Source: Candidatus Poribacteria bacterium
GTDB lineage: Bacteria; Poribacteria; WGA-4E; WGA-3G
Direction: 5' to 3'
DNA: 64,000 nt
Assembly (NCBI GenBank): GCA_965220325.1
Contig: OZ244821.1
Location: forward strand, 1,331,820-1,395,819
Below are positions 9,774 to 19,850 of the stretch, in pieces. Every line of letters begins with the position of its first letter. Within the stretch, counting starts at the first letter, position 1. The notes below the pieces were generated by a model. It made no database searches. It saw only the letters and a list, made by a program, of their open reading frames with translations, and had not been told where the DNA came from. The position numbers and the translations under genes were made by a program.

Positions 9774-10694
9774 ATGCAAAAGCCAACAATACAGATGACA
9801 GTTTCTGTGACTTCAGTTCTGTTTTTTCTTCTCACGATTCCGATGTCGGCACAACGCCAAGGGACCCCCGATCCGCTAAAGGTTCCTGAAGGTATTACGG
9901 GGCATCGTGACATTGCTTACGTTACGGACGGGCACGAACGTCAGAAACTCGATCTCTATATCCCAGATGAAGGCGAGAATCTACCGCTTATTATCTGGAT
10001 ACACGGGGGAGCCTGGCGCGGCGGAAACAAGACGCACTATGTCCCGAAAGCATATCTCAATGCTGGCTATGCGGGGGCGAGTATCAACTACCGTTTAAGC
10101 CAGCACGCCATCTTTCCAGCACAAATTGAGGATGTGAAAGCCGCTGTGCGGTGGTTACGCGCCAATGCGGAAACTTACCGCATCGACCCAAGCCGTTTTG
10201 CAGTGTGGGGTTCGTCTGCCGGTGGACACCTCGGCGCTATGCTCGGCACGACAGGCGACATGAATGAATTTGAGGTGGGAGAAAACTTAGAAGTCTCCAG
10301 TCGAGTCCAAGCCGTCGTCGATTACTACGGTCCCACAGACTTCCTGCAGATGGACGCACATCGACTTCCTGATGGGTTGGTGCACGATGCCCCTGACTCG
10401 CCAGAATCAAAATTGGTCGGCGGACCGATTCAAGAACATAAGGATCGCGTCGCGAAAGCGAACCCAATCACTTATGTGTCCAAGGACGATCCACCTTTCC
10501 TTATCATCCACGGTGATCAAGACAAGCTTGTTCCGTATCACCAGAGTGTGTTGTTGAACGATGCATTGGAGAAAGCGGGTGTCCCGGTTACGTTCTACAA
10601 GGTAGAAGGCGGTGGGCACGGCTGGTTCAGGGATCCGAAAGTGCCAGAGTTGACAAAAGCGTTCCTTAAAAAGCACTTAAAACCGGTGCAATAG
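9774..10694 (+). CDS. Secreted alpha/beta-hydrolase (esterase/lipase-like)
   Basis: Oxyanion-type motif IWIHGGAWRGG, nucleophile elbow GSSAGGH, C-terminal HGDQD...GGGHG, and an N-terminal signal-like segment. ATG at 9774; the track begins at a TTG at 9771. Confidence 0.75.
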   Translation: MQKPTIQMTVSVTSVLFFLLTIPMSAQRQGTPDPLKVPEGITGHRDIAYVTDGHERQKLDLYIPDEGENLPLIIWIHGGAWRGGNKTHYVPKAYLNAGYAGASINYRLSQHAIFPAQIEDVKAAVRWLRANAETYRIDPSRFAVWGSSAGGHLGAMLGTTGDMNEFEVGENLEVSSRVQAVVDYYGPTDFLQMDAHRLPDGLVHDAPDSPESKLVGGPIQEHKDRVAKANPITYVSKDDPPFLIIHGDQDKLVPYHQSVLLNDALEKAGVPVTFYKVEGGGHGWFRDPKVPELTKAFLKKHLKPVQ

Positions 10695-10726
10695 GCGTGT
10701 TTCCCAACCGCATCTACGCAGCTACT

Positions 10727-11407
10727 TCAACGTTTCATTGCGACCGAGACCCCATCACGCAGCGGAATGATCGTCGTGAATACATCCGGTGAACTGTAGA
10801 GGAGTCGTGTTACCTCTTTGACACCGAGTGTCGCAGCGTGGAACCATTGCTCCCGCTCATCAAGTTCTTCTGGAGGACTACCCGGTTCCTGCGTAACAAC
10901 GCGACCACCCCAGATCATATTATCCGTAATAAACAGTCCACCACTCCTAATCCGTGGAATCGCCTTGTGAAAAGCTTCGGGATACCCGTCCTTGTCGATG
11001 TCGTTGTAGATGATGTCGAACTCACCTTCGGTTTCGTCAATGATTTCCAGAGCATCACCAACTTTATAATCAATACGATCTGCGATACCACCACGGGCAA
11101 GATACCCCGCTGCGCGCTCGGCGTTCTCCTGCGAACCATCGGTACAGATGATACGTGCCTCCGGTTTTTGGAGTGCCTTCGCCATCCAATACGCCGAATA
11201 ACCGAATCCTGACCCCATCTCGAAAATCCGTGTCGGATTCGTCAGCAGCACCAATTGATGTAAGACCCGCCCGACAAGTGGACCCACAATTGGAAAACGA
11301 TTTGCGCGTGCGTGTGCCTCCATCTCTGTGAGTACTTCATCTCGTTCAGGAATAATGTCAAGTAAGTAGTTGTCAATCGATGGGTGAAGAATATCCAAAC
11401 GTTGCAT
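10727..11407 (-). CDS. Class I SAM-dependent O-methyltransferase (caffeoyl-CoA OMT-like)
   Basis: SAM-binding motif EMGSGFGYSAYWMA and acidic-loop motifs (DGS..., NDIDKD) typical of cation-dependent OMTs. Confidence 0.75.
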   Translation of the reverse strand: MQRLDILHPSIDNYLLDIIPERDEVLTEMEAHARANRFPIVGPLVGRVLHQLVLLTNPTRIFEMGSGFGYSAYWMAKALQKPEARIICTDGSQENAERAAGYLARGGIADRIDYKVGDALEIIDETEGEFDIIYNDIDKDGYPEAFHKAIPRIRSGGLFITDNMIWGGRVVTQEPGSPPEELDEREQWFHAATLGVKEVTRLLYSSPDVFTTIIPLRDGVSVAMKR

Positions 11408-11464
11408 AGATCACTCCTATTTTGTCTGATGATGGATCAGTGCGCTTACAAAGTGCCTACCGAG

Positions 11465-12595
11465 TTAGGGGATGCCCACCTCTCTTTTCCACCTTTCAAG
11501 CGGATGTTCGCGTGGTGTGAGCGGCATAGGCACACGAGTCTTCTGACGATGCGATTCCCACGTCGCATGGATCATCTCAAGGCAATCTCGACCATCCCTA
11601 CCGCTCGCGAATGGATCTCGGTCTTTTTCAATCGCTTCAACGAGATCGCGTAGCATGAGGCGTTGTAATAGCAATCGTATTGATGCCTTATCCCGTGGAT
11701 TCCCCTGTCCGTCAAGGTCCTCGGAGGCAAGATGCACCGGTTCCCACGCTTCTGCCGGGGTCTTATGTTGTCCTTTGTGGATGAACATCGTTGTCCCGAC
11801 ACTTTCCCGGATCGCAATCCTGCCTTCAGTGCCGATAATGTCGATGCCGTAGGCGTTATCGTTGGTCTGTGGTTGCGCGAGGAACTGGACATCAGCATGG
11901 ATACCGTTCTTGAAGCGGAAAGAGGCATGCCCACGCTCTCCGAGCACAAGCCCCGCATCTCGGTCATGCGGGTGAACTTCTTGGGTATGTTTGATGTCGT
12001 CAACGGTTGACTCGCGTCCGTCCATCTGCACGAGGTGTGCGTGTGCCCATTCGACATCGCCGCCGAAGAGGCGCAACCAATCGTAGAGATGTGTGCCCAT
12101 TTCCATCAATGAGTTGCCGACCTTGCGTCCGCCTTTGTCGGTTGCCTTCATCAGCACGACATCGCCAATCTCGCCTTTCTCAATCAGTGAGAGGACGTGA
12201 CGGTTGTAAGGACTGGCGCGTTTGATGTGATTAATGGCAAACTTGACGTGATGCTGATCGCAGGTTTCGACCATCTCATCGGCTTCAATAAGGTTTAGGG
12301 CAGTCGGTTTTTCACAGAAGACGTGGATACCGCGCTGTGCTGCGGCAATCGTTGGTGGGTAATGCATGGGTGCCTGCGTTGGGACAATAACGATATCGGG
12401 TTGTTCTTCATCAAGCATCTTTTCGTAGTCGTCATAGATGGCTTTGACCCCGAACCGTTCGCTCCATGCTTTCGCTCGTTCAGGGTTGATTTCTGCTCCA
12501 GCGATGAGTTTGCAGTTCGTCTCTAACTCTACCGCTTGGGCATGAGATCCGCCCATGCCACCTAAGCCGATAATCGCGATACGATAGTTGTTCAT
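11465..12595 (-). CDS. Gfo/Idh/MocA family oxidoreductase
   Basis: N-terminal Rossmann motif IAIIGLGGMGGSHA and the conserved EKP motif (FCEKPTA). SD GGAGG. Confidence 0.8.
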   Translation of the reverse strand: MNNYRIAIIGLGGMGGSHAQAVELETNCKLIAGAEINPERAKAWSERFGVKAIYDDYEKMLDEEQPDIVIVPTQAPMHYPPTIAAAQRGIHVFCEKPTALNLIEADEMVETCDQHHVKFAINHIKRASPYNRHVLSLIEKGEIGDVVLMKATDKGGRKVGNSLMEMGTHLYDWLRLFGGDVEWAHAHLVQMDGRESTVDDIKHTQEVHPHDRDAGLVLGERGHASFRFKNGIHADVQFLAQPQTNDNAYGIDIIGTEGRIAIRESVGTTMFIHKGQHKTPAEAWEPVHLASEDLDGQGNPRDKASIRLLLQRLMLRDLVEAIEKDRDPFASGRDGRDCLEMIHATWESHRQKTRVPMPLTPREHPLERWKREVGIP

Positions 12596-12918
12596 GCCTG
12601 CCTCCGAAGTCTGCCAAGAAGAGTGTGCTATTTTATACCCATCATAGCAATTTCAGCGTTGGAGTGCAAGAAAAAATTGAAGAAAATTCTGTAAATATAG
12701 TTGAATAGAAGAAAGGGAGACAAATTCGGAAAAGGATGGGATGGAAGGAAGGAAGAATGGAAGGATAGGTCCCTTCAATCTTCAGTGCTTTGCCTTCCAG
12801 CGACCGATCTAATAGATAAGGAATATAGCAAATGACGAAAGAACGAATTCGGATTTTAGTTGATACTTCACGCGATACAGGCTGGTCGGGTGGATTAATA
12901 CGAGAAGTTTTACAAGTA

Positions 12919-13995
12919 TTATTGGATTTTCAGGTTTGCCCAAGTCGTTGTCGCCTTATTTGTATCGGGGGTAACATCGTAAAATCCGTCAGTGTCTAAA
13001 GCGATATCAAATGGGAAGTCCAGTCCAGTAAGAACATCTGTGACGTTTGAACCGTCAAGGTTTGCCCGCTGGATTTTGCCTATCTCGGTATTTACATCTA
13101 TGTCTATCCAGTACATTTTGCGTGAGTGGAGATCTAAAACGATATCGGCTGGATAGCGTAATCCGGTGGCGAGGTCTTTAACCCTATTTCCCTTAAGAGA
13201 TGCCCGCTGAATTTTCCCTGTACCAGTGTTTGTCCAGTACATCTGACGCGCGCCTAGGTCCAATGCTAAACCGCGTGCCATACGAATTCCGGTCACAAGG
13301 TCTTTAGCGTTGGATCCGTCGAGGTTTGCCCGTTGGATTTTGCCGCCATCTGCGTCAGTCCAGTAAATCTTACCTGCTTCTAAATCCAATGTCATGTTCA
13401 GCGGACGAATAAATTGTTTCATCTTAGCATCAAAAAAAGGTAAAGCCCGTTCTTCAATCGTAAGATCTTCAATATCGGATCCATCGAAGTTTGAACGCTG
13501 AAATATCTTTAAGTGCCCATTCCCCCAGTAGACTTTGCTTGCGTCGGTATCTATGGCGAGGCAGTTTGGATCAATGAGTTGTTCATGCGTTAATTCAATT
13601 GGGGCCCCACCTTTTGGAATCGCTGTGCCTTCACACCTCCGATTCCGGCACCGTATACTCATTTTTCCACCTTCAGGCGGCAGATCATATCCGGTGACGA
13701 TGTTTTCGATATTTGAACCATCAAGGTTTGAACGTTGGATTTTAGCTGTAAAGTTTTCCGCCCAGTACATCTTACGGTTGCGTAAATCCAAAGCGATATC
13801 TGTTGCTGGGGGTATTTCCGTAAGAACGTCTTCAATGGCGGATCCGTCAAGGTTCGCCCGTCTAATTTTGCCTATTTCTGTCCAGTAAATTTTGCCCCTT
13901 CCCTGTCCGTAACATATTTCTTGAACAACAGAAAACAACAAAACCCCAACCAAAATAAGGACGATCCACTTTTGCGTCAAAACTCGATTTTTCAT
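12919..13995 (-). CDS. Secreted six-bladed YWTD (LDL-receptor class B) beta-propeller protein
   Basis: Six repeats of (K/Q)(I/M/V)YW(T/A/G/I)(E/D/N)...IQR(A/S)NLDGS, plus a signal peptide. The ATG at 13995 is preferred because AAGGAG lies 8 nt upstream. The track ORF begins at 14013. Confidence 0.75.
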   Translation of the reverse strand: MKNRVLTQKWIVLILVGVLLFSVVQEICYGQGRGKIYWTEIGKIRRANLDGSAIEDVLTEIPPATDIALDLRNRKMYWAENFTAKIQRSNLDGSNIENIVTGYDLPPEGGKMSIRCRNRRCEGTAIPKGGAPIELTHEQLIDPNCLAIDTDASKVYWGNGHLKIFQRSNFDGSDIEDLTIEERALPFFDAKMKQFIRPLNMTLDLEAGKIYWTDADGGKIQRANLDGSNAKDLVTGIRMARGLALDLGARQMYWTNTGTGKIQRASLKGNRVKDLATGLRYPADIVLDLHSRKMYWIDIDVNTEIGKIQRANLDGSNVTDVLTGLDFPFDIALDTDGFYDVTPDTNKATTTWANLKIQ

Positions 13996-14084
13996 GCCAT
14001 AGACTCCTTGCATGTGAAAGTTTGCAAATCCGTTAGAATCTTCTCATACCATTTCTGATTATAAAATTCTCGTGATTGCCATAT

Positions 14085-17000
14085 TTAGAACCCGACCATC
14101 GCTCGAACAAACGTTGCATTACTGGTCGTCCGTTGAAACAGATTCGTGATTCTACGGTGTCCCGCAAGAATGACCATATAGAAACCGATCCAATTGCCTC
14201 TGTTGATGGCTTGGATTTCAAGGATACGGGTTCGCAGGTCGGGCCGATATAGGTTTGGAACGCTAACGTCAGCAGGAAAAGTGCGCAGATAGTTCCTGAA
14301 GTTTTGATCCCGATTGGAAAACTTCCGATATTGGAATCCGCCAATGATGTTTAACCGTTGTGTAAACTGATAATCGAGACGAACACCGAGCACATCCTCT
14401 CGACTGCGACGATTGAATCGCAAATATTCAACCGGTTCATTGTCAGTCGGAAGAAACAGGTCTGGGTCGAGTGTTTTCGGAATTTCTTCGGCAGTCCGGT
14501 CGAAAGCGCGGTCCCAGACGTATTTAACCATCGGTGTTAGCGTTAAATCGTTGACAATTTTGTTGACGAGCGGGAGTTTCGCAAATGGAATCTCATATTT
14601 CGCCTTCAGAATAGTGAGTTGACTCCGGATGTTCCGTTCGGGGTAACGGCGTTTTTTCCAATTCGCAGCATCATAGATTAAACCGGTGTCAGTCGGATCA
14701 AGTGCGTTAATCCCATGATCAGGATAGAACGGGGATGTCCGTCCCTCTACGTTAAGCCGGACCTGATCAATTGGCACCATAAAGTCAACGCGTTCATCGG
14801 GTTTAAAGTTCTCTGATACTGGGTCGTATTCAACATCCCTGAAAAGTGCCTTCTCTCCATCCTGTTCAAACTGTTTTTGCATGAGAACGAACAATTTGGC
14901 TTCAAGCGTCAAGTTTGATACTGCGGTATAGAGGCATTGAAGCGTTGTTGTATTCACACGTGCGTTGTAAAAATCGAGTGCGTCGTTAATGTGAATCACC
15001 TGCAATTCGCCAACAGGCAAGACGACAGCGTAATCCGGGATATCGTCTTGTACTCGGACAAATCGGTTTTGGAAGCGAATGCTGCCGAAATCGGGGATGT
15101 CGCGCTTATAAGTGACGTGTATGTATTTAGCGTTATTTTTTCGGCGACTCGAAATTTCGCTCTCATTTAACCAACCGGCTTCAACAGCGAGGTTATCAAA
15201 CACGTCGTATTTCGCTTTGAGGTGATACCCCTGACGGTCTATGCCATATTCGTATTCCGGTTCAAAGTCATCCTCAATCGGATCAACAGTCCCATTATTA
15301 TTCAGATCCATAAGGTTCGTAAATACAGGTGGGTCGGCTTCAAAAATAAGAAAATCTTCTTGGAAGTCTAATACGCCGTTCTGGTTTCGGTCGTCAGCGC
15401 GTGGAATTACGCCATCGAAGTCATTGTCATCGGGCGAGTCATCGTCATCATCGTCATCCTCAATGAGTGTATAAGTGGTTGCGTCCCATGGAACGAGTTC
15501 CTCCGCGATTCGTTCTTCCAAAGGTATATTGAGGCGTCCGCGTTCCAGTGTGTAAATTTGACCTCGGTTCGGATGTGCCCCAAAATTGAGGTAGTTGGTG
15601 GTGTAGCCCGGATCAATGTGGTACAAGACGCCTTCTAAGTGGAGTTTGCTAAACCGAGACTTCAGTTGGATGAACCATGCGGTTTCCCTACCGAGTTTTC
15701 CGTCGCCATTTTCATCTGTGCCGTCCCCGCCTAAAAAAGCCTCGAAACGTTCACCTTCGGTTTCCGAGTATGTCGGAATGCCATTTGCGTCGACCGGGAG
15801 TCCGTTCCTAAAATTAATAGAGATACCTGTCGGCTCCTCACCACCTGGTCCTTGAACAGTCGTTTTGATGCGACTAAATCCAACCTTATCTTTCGGTATG
15901 GTCGGATACTGTTTGTATTTACCGTTAACAGAATAGTGTGTCCTGATAAAAACATTGCCGACAGTCCCCTCAAGGTCAAATCCGTAGAGTGCTGCGGCAC
16001 GGGCGGCGCCATAGCGGTATCGGATTTTCCGAGGTCTCCCTTCACCTGTCCATTGCGTCGGGTTGTTTATAAGTTTTTTCCTATTTCTGATATAATCCGG
16101 AGATTGACCGTAATTCCCGGGTGCCTCAATGATATCGCGATACGGCATCTGAATGTGACCATCTGTCGTTTTAATCCACTCTTGCAGGTCCGGGTTTTCC
16201 GCTGCGCGATTTGCTGCACTAAAGCCGATAACAGCGATATTGTAATCGCCGGCGACAACCATATCAAATACAACAGATTTGACGGTTCGCGGGTCAATGT
16301 TAATCTCCGCATCGGTCAGAATAAGGTCGTATTTCATTTTATTGAAACCGTTGACGATCTTCCATTTCCCATCAACGGAATCGCGTATTTCGGAAGGCCC
16401 TCCGATGTGGTCAACCGGCACAAGTTCGTCAGCGAAGACTTCAAATCGGTGCGTCATTTCAGGGAGCGGTTCGGGTTCAATGCCTTGTTCTATATCTGTG
16501 GGGATTAATTCTTCAAGTTCTTGTGTGACGATCGTAACCTTCATGCTTTTGAAGGCTGCACCGACACCCTCTTGGATATGATGCCTATGCCTGTCTGGAT
16601 CATACCCATCAAAATCTGTGAAGACACCCGTGTGGTTATCTTCAGGCGAGTCATCACGGAAAACAACGGATATTGTTTCAGGGGGTGTATTGGCAACCGT
16701 CCCCATCAATGAGTTTATCAGGCGTTCAGGATGTTCTTTGTGCAAATTGACGTAAGTAAATCCGACGCGGAACAATCCACCTAAAACCCCTTGTCCGCGA
16801 AAACCGACGAGGCGTGCGTTTTCAATGTTCCTAACACCTGACACTGCGTTCAACCCGTTTCGCCGCCCAAGTTCCTGTCCGAGTCTTTGCCCTGGTGGAT
16901 CATCTGTTATATAGATAGGGTTAGAGATACGTGAGTGGATGAGGCTAAAAAGATGGTGCTCTTGCGCAAAAGAGATGTCCCACCGAAGTCCATCAAACTC

Positions 17001-17438
17001 GCTTTTGTATAGAATATATCGGTTTGGAAACAGGGTAGCCGGTTTCAACCGCAGGTGGTCGCCAATAATAAACTCGGTATGTCTACCGAGAAAGGTTTCT
17101 TCAGCTATAATCGTCCGGTCCAATTGAGCCGTGAAACGAAGACTATCGAGTTGTCCGCCCCAGCCAACAACTAATTTACCGTTTTGATCAAATTCTTTCT
17201 GATCGGTGTATGAATTGAGTTCGTTGCCTTCCACGATTTCTTTACCGTAAAGATCGTAGAAGAATTGGGGTTCTTCTTCCAGTTGGAATCTGTTTGAGAA
17301 CTTAGCCTCGCTTTCAACGGTAGGCAAAAGCGGTTGATAGGGTCCGAGACTGCTCGCACCACAACCGTAGAACACAGATATACTTAGAACGCAAGTCCCG
17401 ACAAGTATAAAATGAATCGCTCGTTTTAACGCGTTCAT
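14085..17438 (-). CDS. Large outer-membrane beta-barrel candidate with an Asp-rich Ca-binding-like insert (paralog of 52196..54148)
   Basis: The start at 17438 (MNALKRAIHFILVGTCVLSISVFYGCG, lipoprotein-like) avoids overlap with the upstream gene. Asp-rich stretch: EDDDDDDDSPDDNDFDG...DDRNQNGVLDFQEDFLIF...DLNNNGTVDPIEDD. C-terminal aromatic beta-signal-like end: ...TFVRAMVGF. Confidence 0.55.
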   Translation of the reverse strand: MNALKRAIHFILVGTCVLSISVFYGCGASSLGPYQPLLPTVESEAKFSNRFQLEEEPQFFYDLYGKEIVEGNELNSYTDQKEFDQNGKLVVGWGGQLDSLRFTAQLDRTIIAEETFLGRHTEFIIGDHLRLKPATLFPNRYILYKSEFDGLRWDISFAQEHHLFSLIHSRISNPIYITDDPPGQRLGQELGRRNGLNAVSGVRNIENARLVGFRGQGVLGGLFRVGFTYVNLHKEHPERLINSLMGTVANTPPETISVVFRDDSPEDNHTGVFTDFDGYDPDRHRHHIQEGVGAAFKSMKVTIVTQELEELIPTDIEQGIEPEPLPEMTHRFEVFADELVPVDHIGGPSEIRDSVDGKWKIVNGFNKMKYDLILTDAEINIDPRTVKSVVFDMVVAGDYNIAVIGFSAANRAAENPDLQEWIKTTDGHIQMPYRDIIEAPGNYGQSPDYIRNRKKLINNPTQWTGEGRPRKIRYRYGAARAAALYGFDLEGTVGNVFIRTHYSVNGKYKQYPTIPKDKVGFSRIKTTVQGPGGEEPTGISINFRNGLPVDANGIPTYSETEGERFEAFLGGDGTDENGDGKLGRETAWFIQLKSRFSKLHLEGVLYHIDPGYTTNYLNFGAHPNRGQIYTLERGRLNIPLEERIAEELVPWDATTYTLIEDDDDDDDSPDDNDFDGVIPRADDRNQNGVLDFQEDFLIFEADPPVFTNLMDLNNNGTVDPIEDDFEPEYEYGIDRQGYHLKAKYDVFDNLAVEAGWLNESEISSRRKNNAKYIHVTYKRDIPDFGSIRFQNRFVRVQDDIPDYAVVLPVGELQVIHINDALDFYNARVNTTTLQCLYTAVSNLTLEAKLFVLMQKQFEQDGEKALFRDVEYDPVSENFKPDERVDFMVPIDQVRLNVEGRTSPFYPDHGINALDPTDTGLIYDAANWKKRRYPERNIRSQLTILKAKYEIPFAKLPLVNKIVNDLTLTPMVKYVWDRAFDRTAEEIPKTLDPDLFLPTDNEPVEYLRFNRRSREDVLGVRLDYQFTQRLNIIGGFQYRKFSNRDQNFRNYLRTFPADVSVPNLYRPDLRTRILEIQAINRGNWIGFYMVILAGHRRITNLFQRTTSNATFVRAMVGF

Positions 17439-17506
17439 CGGTTTGTGCCTCTCCTTCGCCTTCACCAGCCCGATAGGATATTTCCGCGGATTTCCAAACC
17501 ATAAAT

Positions 17507-18298
17507 CTACTGACTTGATTGCTTTATGGCTGCCCATGTGGTTGCCAGTTTCCGTTGCGCTTCAACTGCCCAAACACCACTTCTCCAGAGGTCATAGCCA
17601 TTATCGGACGCATCTTTGAAAAGGATTGATCCGGGTGCTTCGTTGAAGTGCCAGAGTGAAATGGTATGTTCATCGACTTTGAATTTCTCTTTTGGGACTT
17701 CCCACTCCGGTCCTACATATCGCACGAGGTTGGAAATCCGAACTTCATCAATATACCCTTGTACTTTCACATTGTCCCCGACGAAATGGCTCCGATTGAG
17801 ATTTTGTGGCACGATTCCACCAATCCGAAGCGGCTTGTCTGACTTAATGAGGTGTCCGCCCGGGCAGCACCAGTTGCCACCTTTTCCGTTAAACCCCATT
17901 CCTGCTCCGGCATCGTAAATCGCTGTGACGTGTACCCATTTCTTTGTAGGTAAGGAGGCGCCTCCACTGGTCAGCGATCCCGCTGCACCTTCGGCGTATC
18001 CCCATGCCCCTAACGTGTTTCTATTCCCATGAATAATCAAATTAAATCGTCCCTCTTGCCCAATAATTGACCAGAAAGCGCCGGGTACAGGTGGCTCTTC
18101 ATAATAGATCCATGCTTCAGCGGTCAATCCTTCAAACTGTTCATCGGGAAACCACGCCTCAGCCGTCGCCACAAAATCGTGTTTTTCATCCAGCCTCAAT
18201 ATACCGCCGCCTGCTGGTGAAGGCGGTGGTAGTGCTTTGATACTGAATGGCATAAATATGAGTAAAAAGAGACATACAAAAATTGGTCGATCTATCAT
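17507..18298 (-). CDS. Secreted LamG/concanavalin-A-like lectin-fold protein
   Basis: Signal peptide plus a Laminin_G_3-like pattern (...WVHVTAIYD...LRIGG...GYIDEVRISN). Strong SD AAGGAGGT. Confidence 0.65.
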   Translation of the reverse strand: MIDRPIFVCLFLLIFMPFSIKALPPPSPAGGGILRLDEKHDFVATAEAWFPDEQFEGLTAEAWIYYEEPPVPGAFWSIIGQEGRFNLIIHGNRNTLGAWGYAEGAAGSLTSGGASLPTKKWVHVTAIYDAGAGMGFNGKGGNWCCPGGHLIKSDKPLRIGGIVPQNLNRSHFVGDNVKVQGYIDEVRISNLVRYVGPEWEVPKEKFKVDEHTISLWHFNEAPGSILFKDASDNGYDLWRSGVWAVEAQRKLATTWAAIKQSSQ

Positions 18299-18347
18299 TT
18301 TTACCTCCTTGGAATTCGATCTATTTCCGAATAAGCATTCTTGGCAT

Positions 18348-19292
18348 TTAATCGCTGTCAGATTTCTTCAGTCTGCCCCATAAAGTCGTTTGTGTGTTCG
18401 CAGTTGGAGAAACCGAGAGAAAACCGGCAGGGACCCACGCCGGAAAACTATCCATTGCAGGATGATCTGTTAATCGGCGTGATTTGCCGCCAATGGGACT
18501 GATGAGATAGATATTTGAATCTCGGTTCAGGTTACCCCACGGGTTTTCAAGCTCTGATTCATAGGCAATCCATTGACCGTCCGGCGACCACGCAGGGCTC
18601 TCGCTCCATATTTTCTCCGGTGTCAACCGCCGACTGTTTTTGCCTTCTGCGTTCATAACATAAACGCCGCTTCCCGCAATGTCTAAAGTATAGACAATCT
18701 GTTTCCCATCGGGAGACCACATCGGACTGCTCCCGTCTGCCAACCTTCTTTGCCTTCTCCCATCGGCAGTCATCACGTAGACCGACAAAAATATCTCCTG
18801 ATCCCGATTGGAACTGAAGATAATCGATTCGCCATCCGGCGACCACGACGGATTGCCATTACTCGCCTCGTTTGTCAGTTGTTGAACCGCTTCGCCGTTG
18901 ACATCTATTTTGTAGATATTGGACTGACCTGATCGACTGGAAGTAAAAACAATGGATTCACCGTCTGGAGACCAGTCAGGACTCCTACCTTCTGTGAGCC
19001 GGTGACGTTCTTTTCTTGCTAAATTCATCAGATAAATATCTCGGTCAGATACATAAGCCATCCATCGTCCATCCGGTGAGAACGTTGGCGAAAAATCCCA
19101 GGATGGGTGGTTTGTGAAGTTTTCGATATGTTTTCCTTCTATATCCATAATATAGATATCACTATTCCCTGTTCGCCGGGAACTGAAGGCAATATGCGTA
19201 ACATCAGATGCGTATACGCAAGGGTTTACGGCAAGCAGAGCACCCACTAACAGCATTATTGTTCCGAAAATATAGGTAAATTTTTGTTTCAT
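18348..19292 (-). CDS. Periplasmic PD40 (TolB-like) beta-propeller protein
   Basis: Signal peptide, then repeated PD40 motifs: FSPDGRWMAYVS, WSPDGESIVFTS, WSPDGESIIFSS, WSPDGKQIVYT, WSPDGQWIAYES. Confidence 0.75.
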   Translation of the reverse strand: MKQKFTYIFGTIMLLVGALLAVNPCVYASDVTHIAFSSRRTGNSDIYIMDIEGKHIENFTNHPSWDFSPTFSPDGRWMAYVSDRDIYLMNLARKERHRLTEGRSPDWSPDGESIVFTSSRSGQSNIYKIDVNGEAVQQLTNEASNGNPSWSPDGESIIFSSNRDQEIFLSVYVMTADGRRQRRLADGSSPMWSPDGKQIVYTLDIAGSGVYVMNAEGKNSRRLTPEKIWSESPAWSPDGQWIAYESELENPWGNLNRDSNIYLISPIGGKSRRLTDHPAMDSFPAWVPAGFLSVSPTANTQTTLWGRLKKSDSD

Positions 19293-19397
19293 TTTATAAT
19301 CCTATCACTACGCCTCCGAACTTCTATACTTCCAACCTTCCAACCCATCCGAAGATCAAAACGTCCATTTAATATCGGCACTTGCTTATAGAAAAAC

Positions 19398-19787
19398 TTA
19401 ATCTTCTTTTTCTACAGCCGTGTAAAACTGAATTGTCTCAATGCGGCTGTTGACTGTTCTTGAGAGTTTTATGATTTTGACAGCATCTGTCTCAGCAGTG
19501 AGCGGGATTTCAAACGGAAGCCTTCCGCCGGGTACTTTCTTAACGAGTTCCCACTGTCTGCTCTCATCACGAACATGGATTTCGAGGTTTCGCAATAGTC
19601 CAGAACCGAGCAGTACAATTTTGTGAATGTCTGCGCTTTCGGGGAGCCAGTAAATTTCGCCGTGGAAAGTTACCATCCCGTCCACTGGACGATCAATCAA
19701 AGTATACTCCGGCCCCGTAAAAAATGTTGCGCAGCCGATCTGTGATAGACATAAGAGCATAAAAAGTAGACATTTCCATTTCTTCAC
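19398..19787 (-). CDS. Small lipoprotein, copy A of a tandem paralog pair (family not recognised)
   Basis: GTG start with SD AAGGAGGT. Signal/lipobox-like MKKWKCLLFMLLCLSQIGCA. Aligns along its full length with the product of 20061..20453. Confidence 0.6.
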   Translation of the reverse strand: MKKWKCLLFMLLCLSQIGCATFFTGPEYTLIDRPVDGMVTFHGEIYWLPESADIHKIVLLGSGLLRNLEIHVRDESRQWELVKKVPGGRLPFEIPLTAETDAVKIIKLSRTVNSRIETIQFYTAVEKED

Positions 19788-19850
19788 GGTTTTACCTCCT
19801 TAGGTAGAGGACACCAGGTTAATGGATGGATCGATCCAAGCAATCGAGAG

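Noticed and set aside
12832-12999. 55-codon plus-strand ORF (MTKERIRILVDTSRDTGWSGGLIREVLQ...) with a weak AAGGA upstream
   Set aside because: It is below the track threshold, overlaps the 3' end of the YWTD gene in antisense by 81 nt, and matches no recognisable family. It could be a gene remnant, but the evidence is insufficient.
15852-16508. 218-aa plus-strand ORF inside the large barrel gene. Similar cases are 6741..7253 inside glnD and 20647..21093 opposite the GH-like gene.
   Set aside because: These are antisense to well-supported genes, with low-complexity or Cys/Arg-rich composition and no start signals.
17439-17537. 33-codon 5' extension of the barrel ORF, overlapping the LamG gene by 31 nt
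   Set aside because: The internal ATG at 17438 gives a proper signal/lipoprotein N-terminus and removes the overlap.
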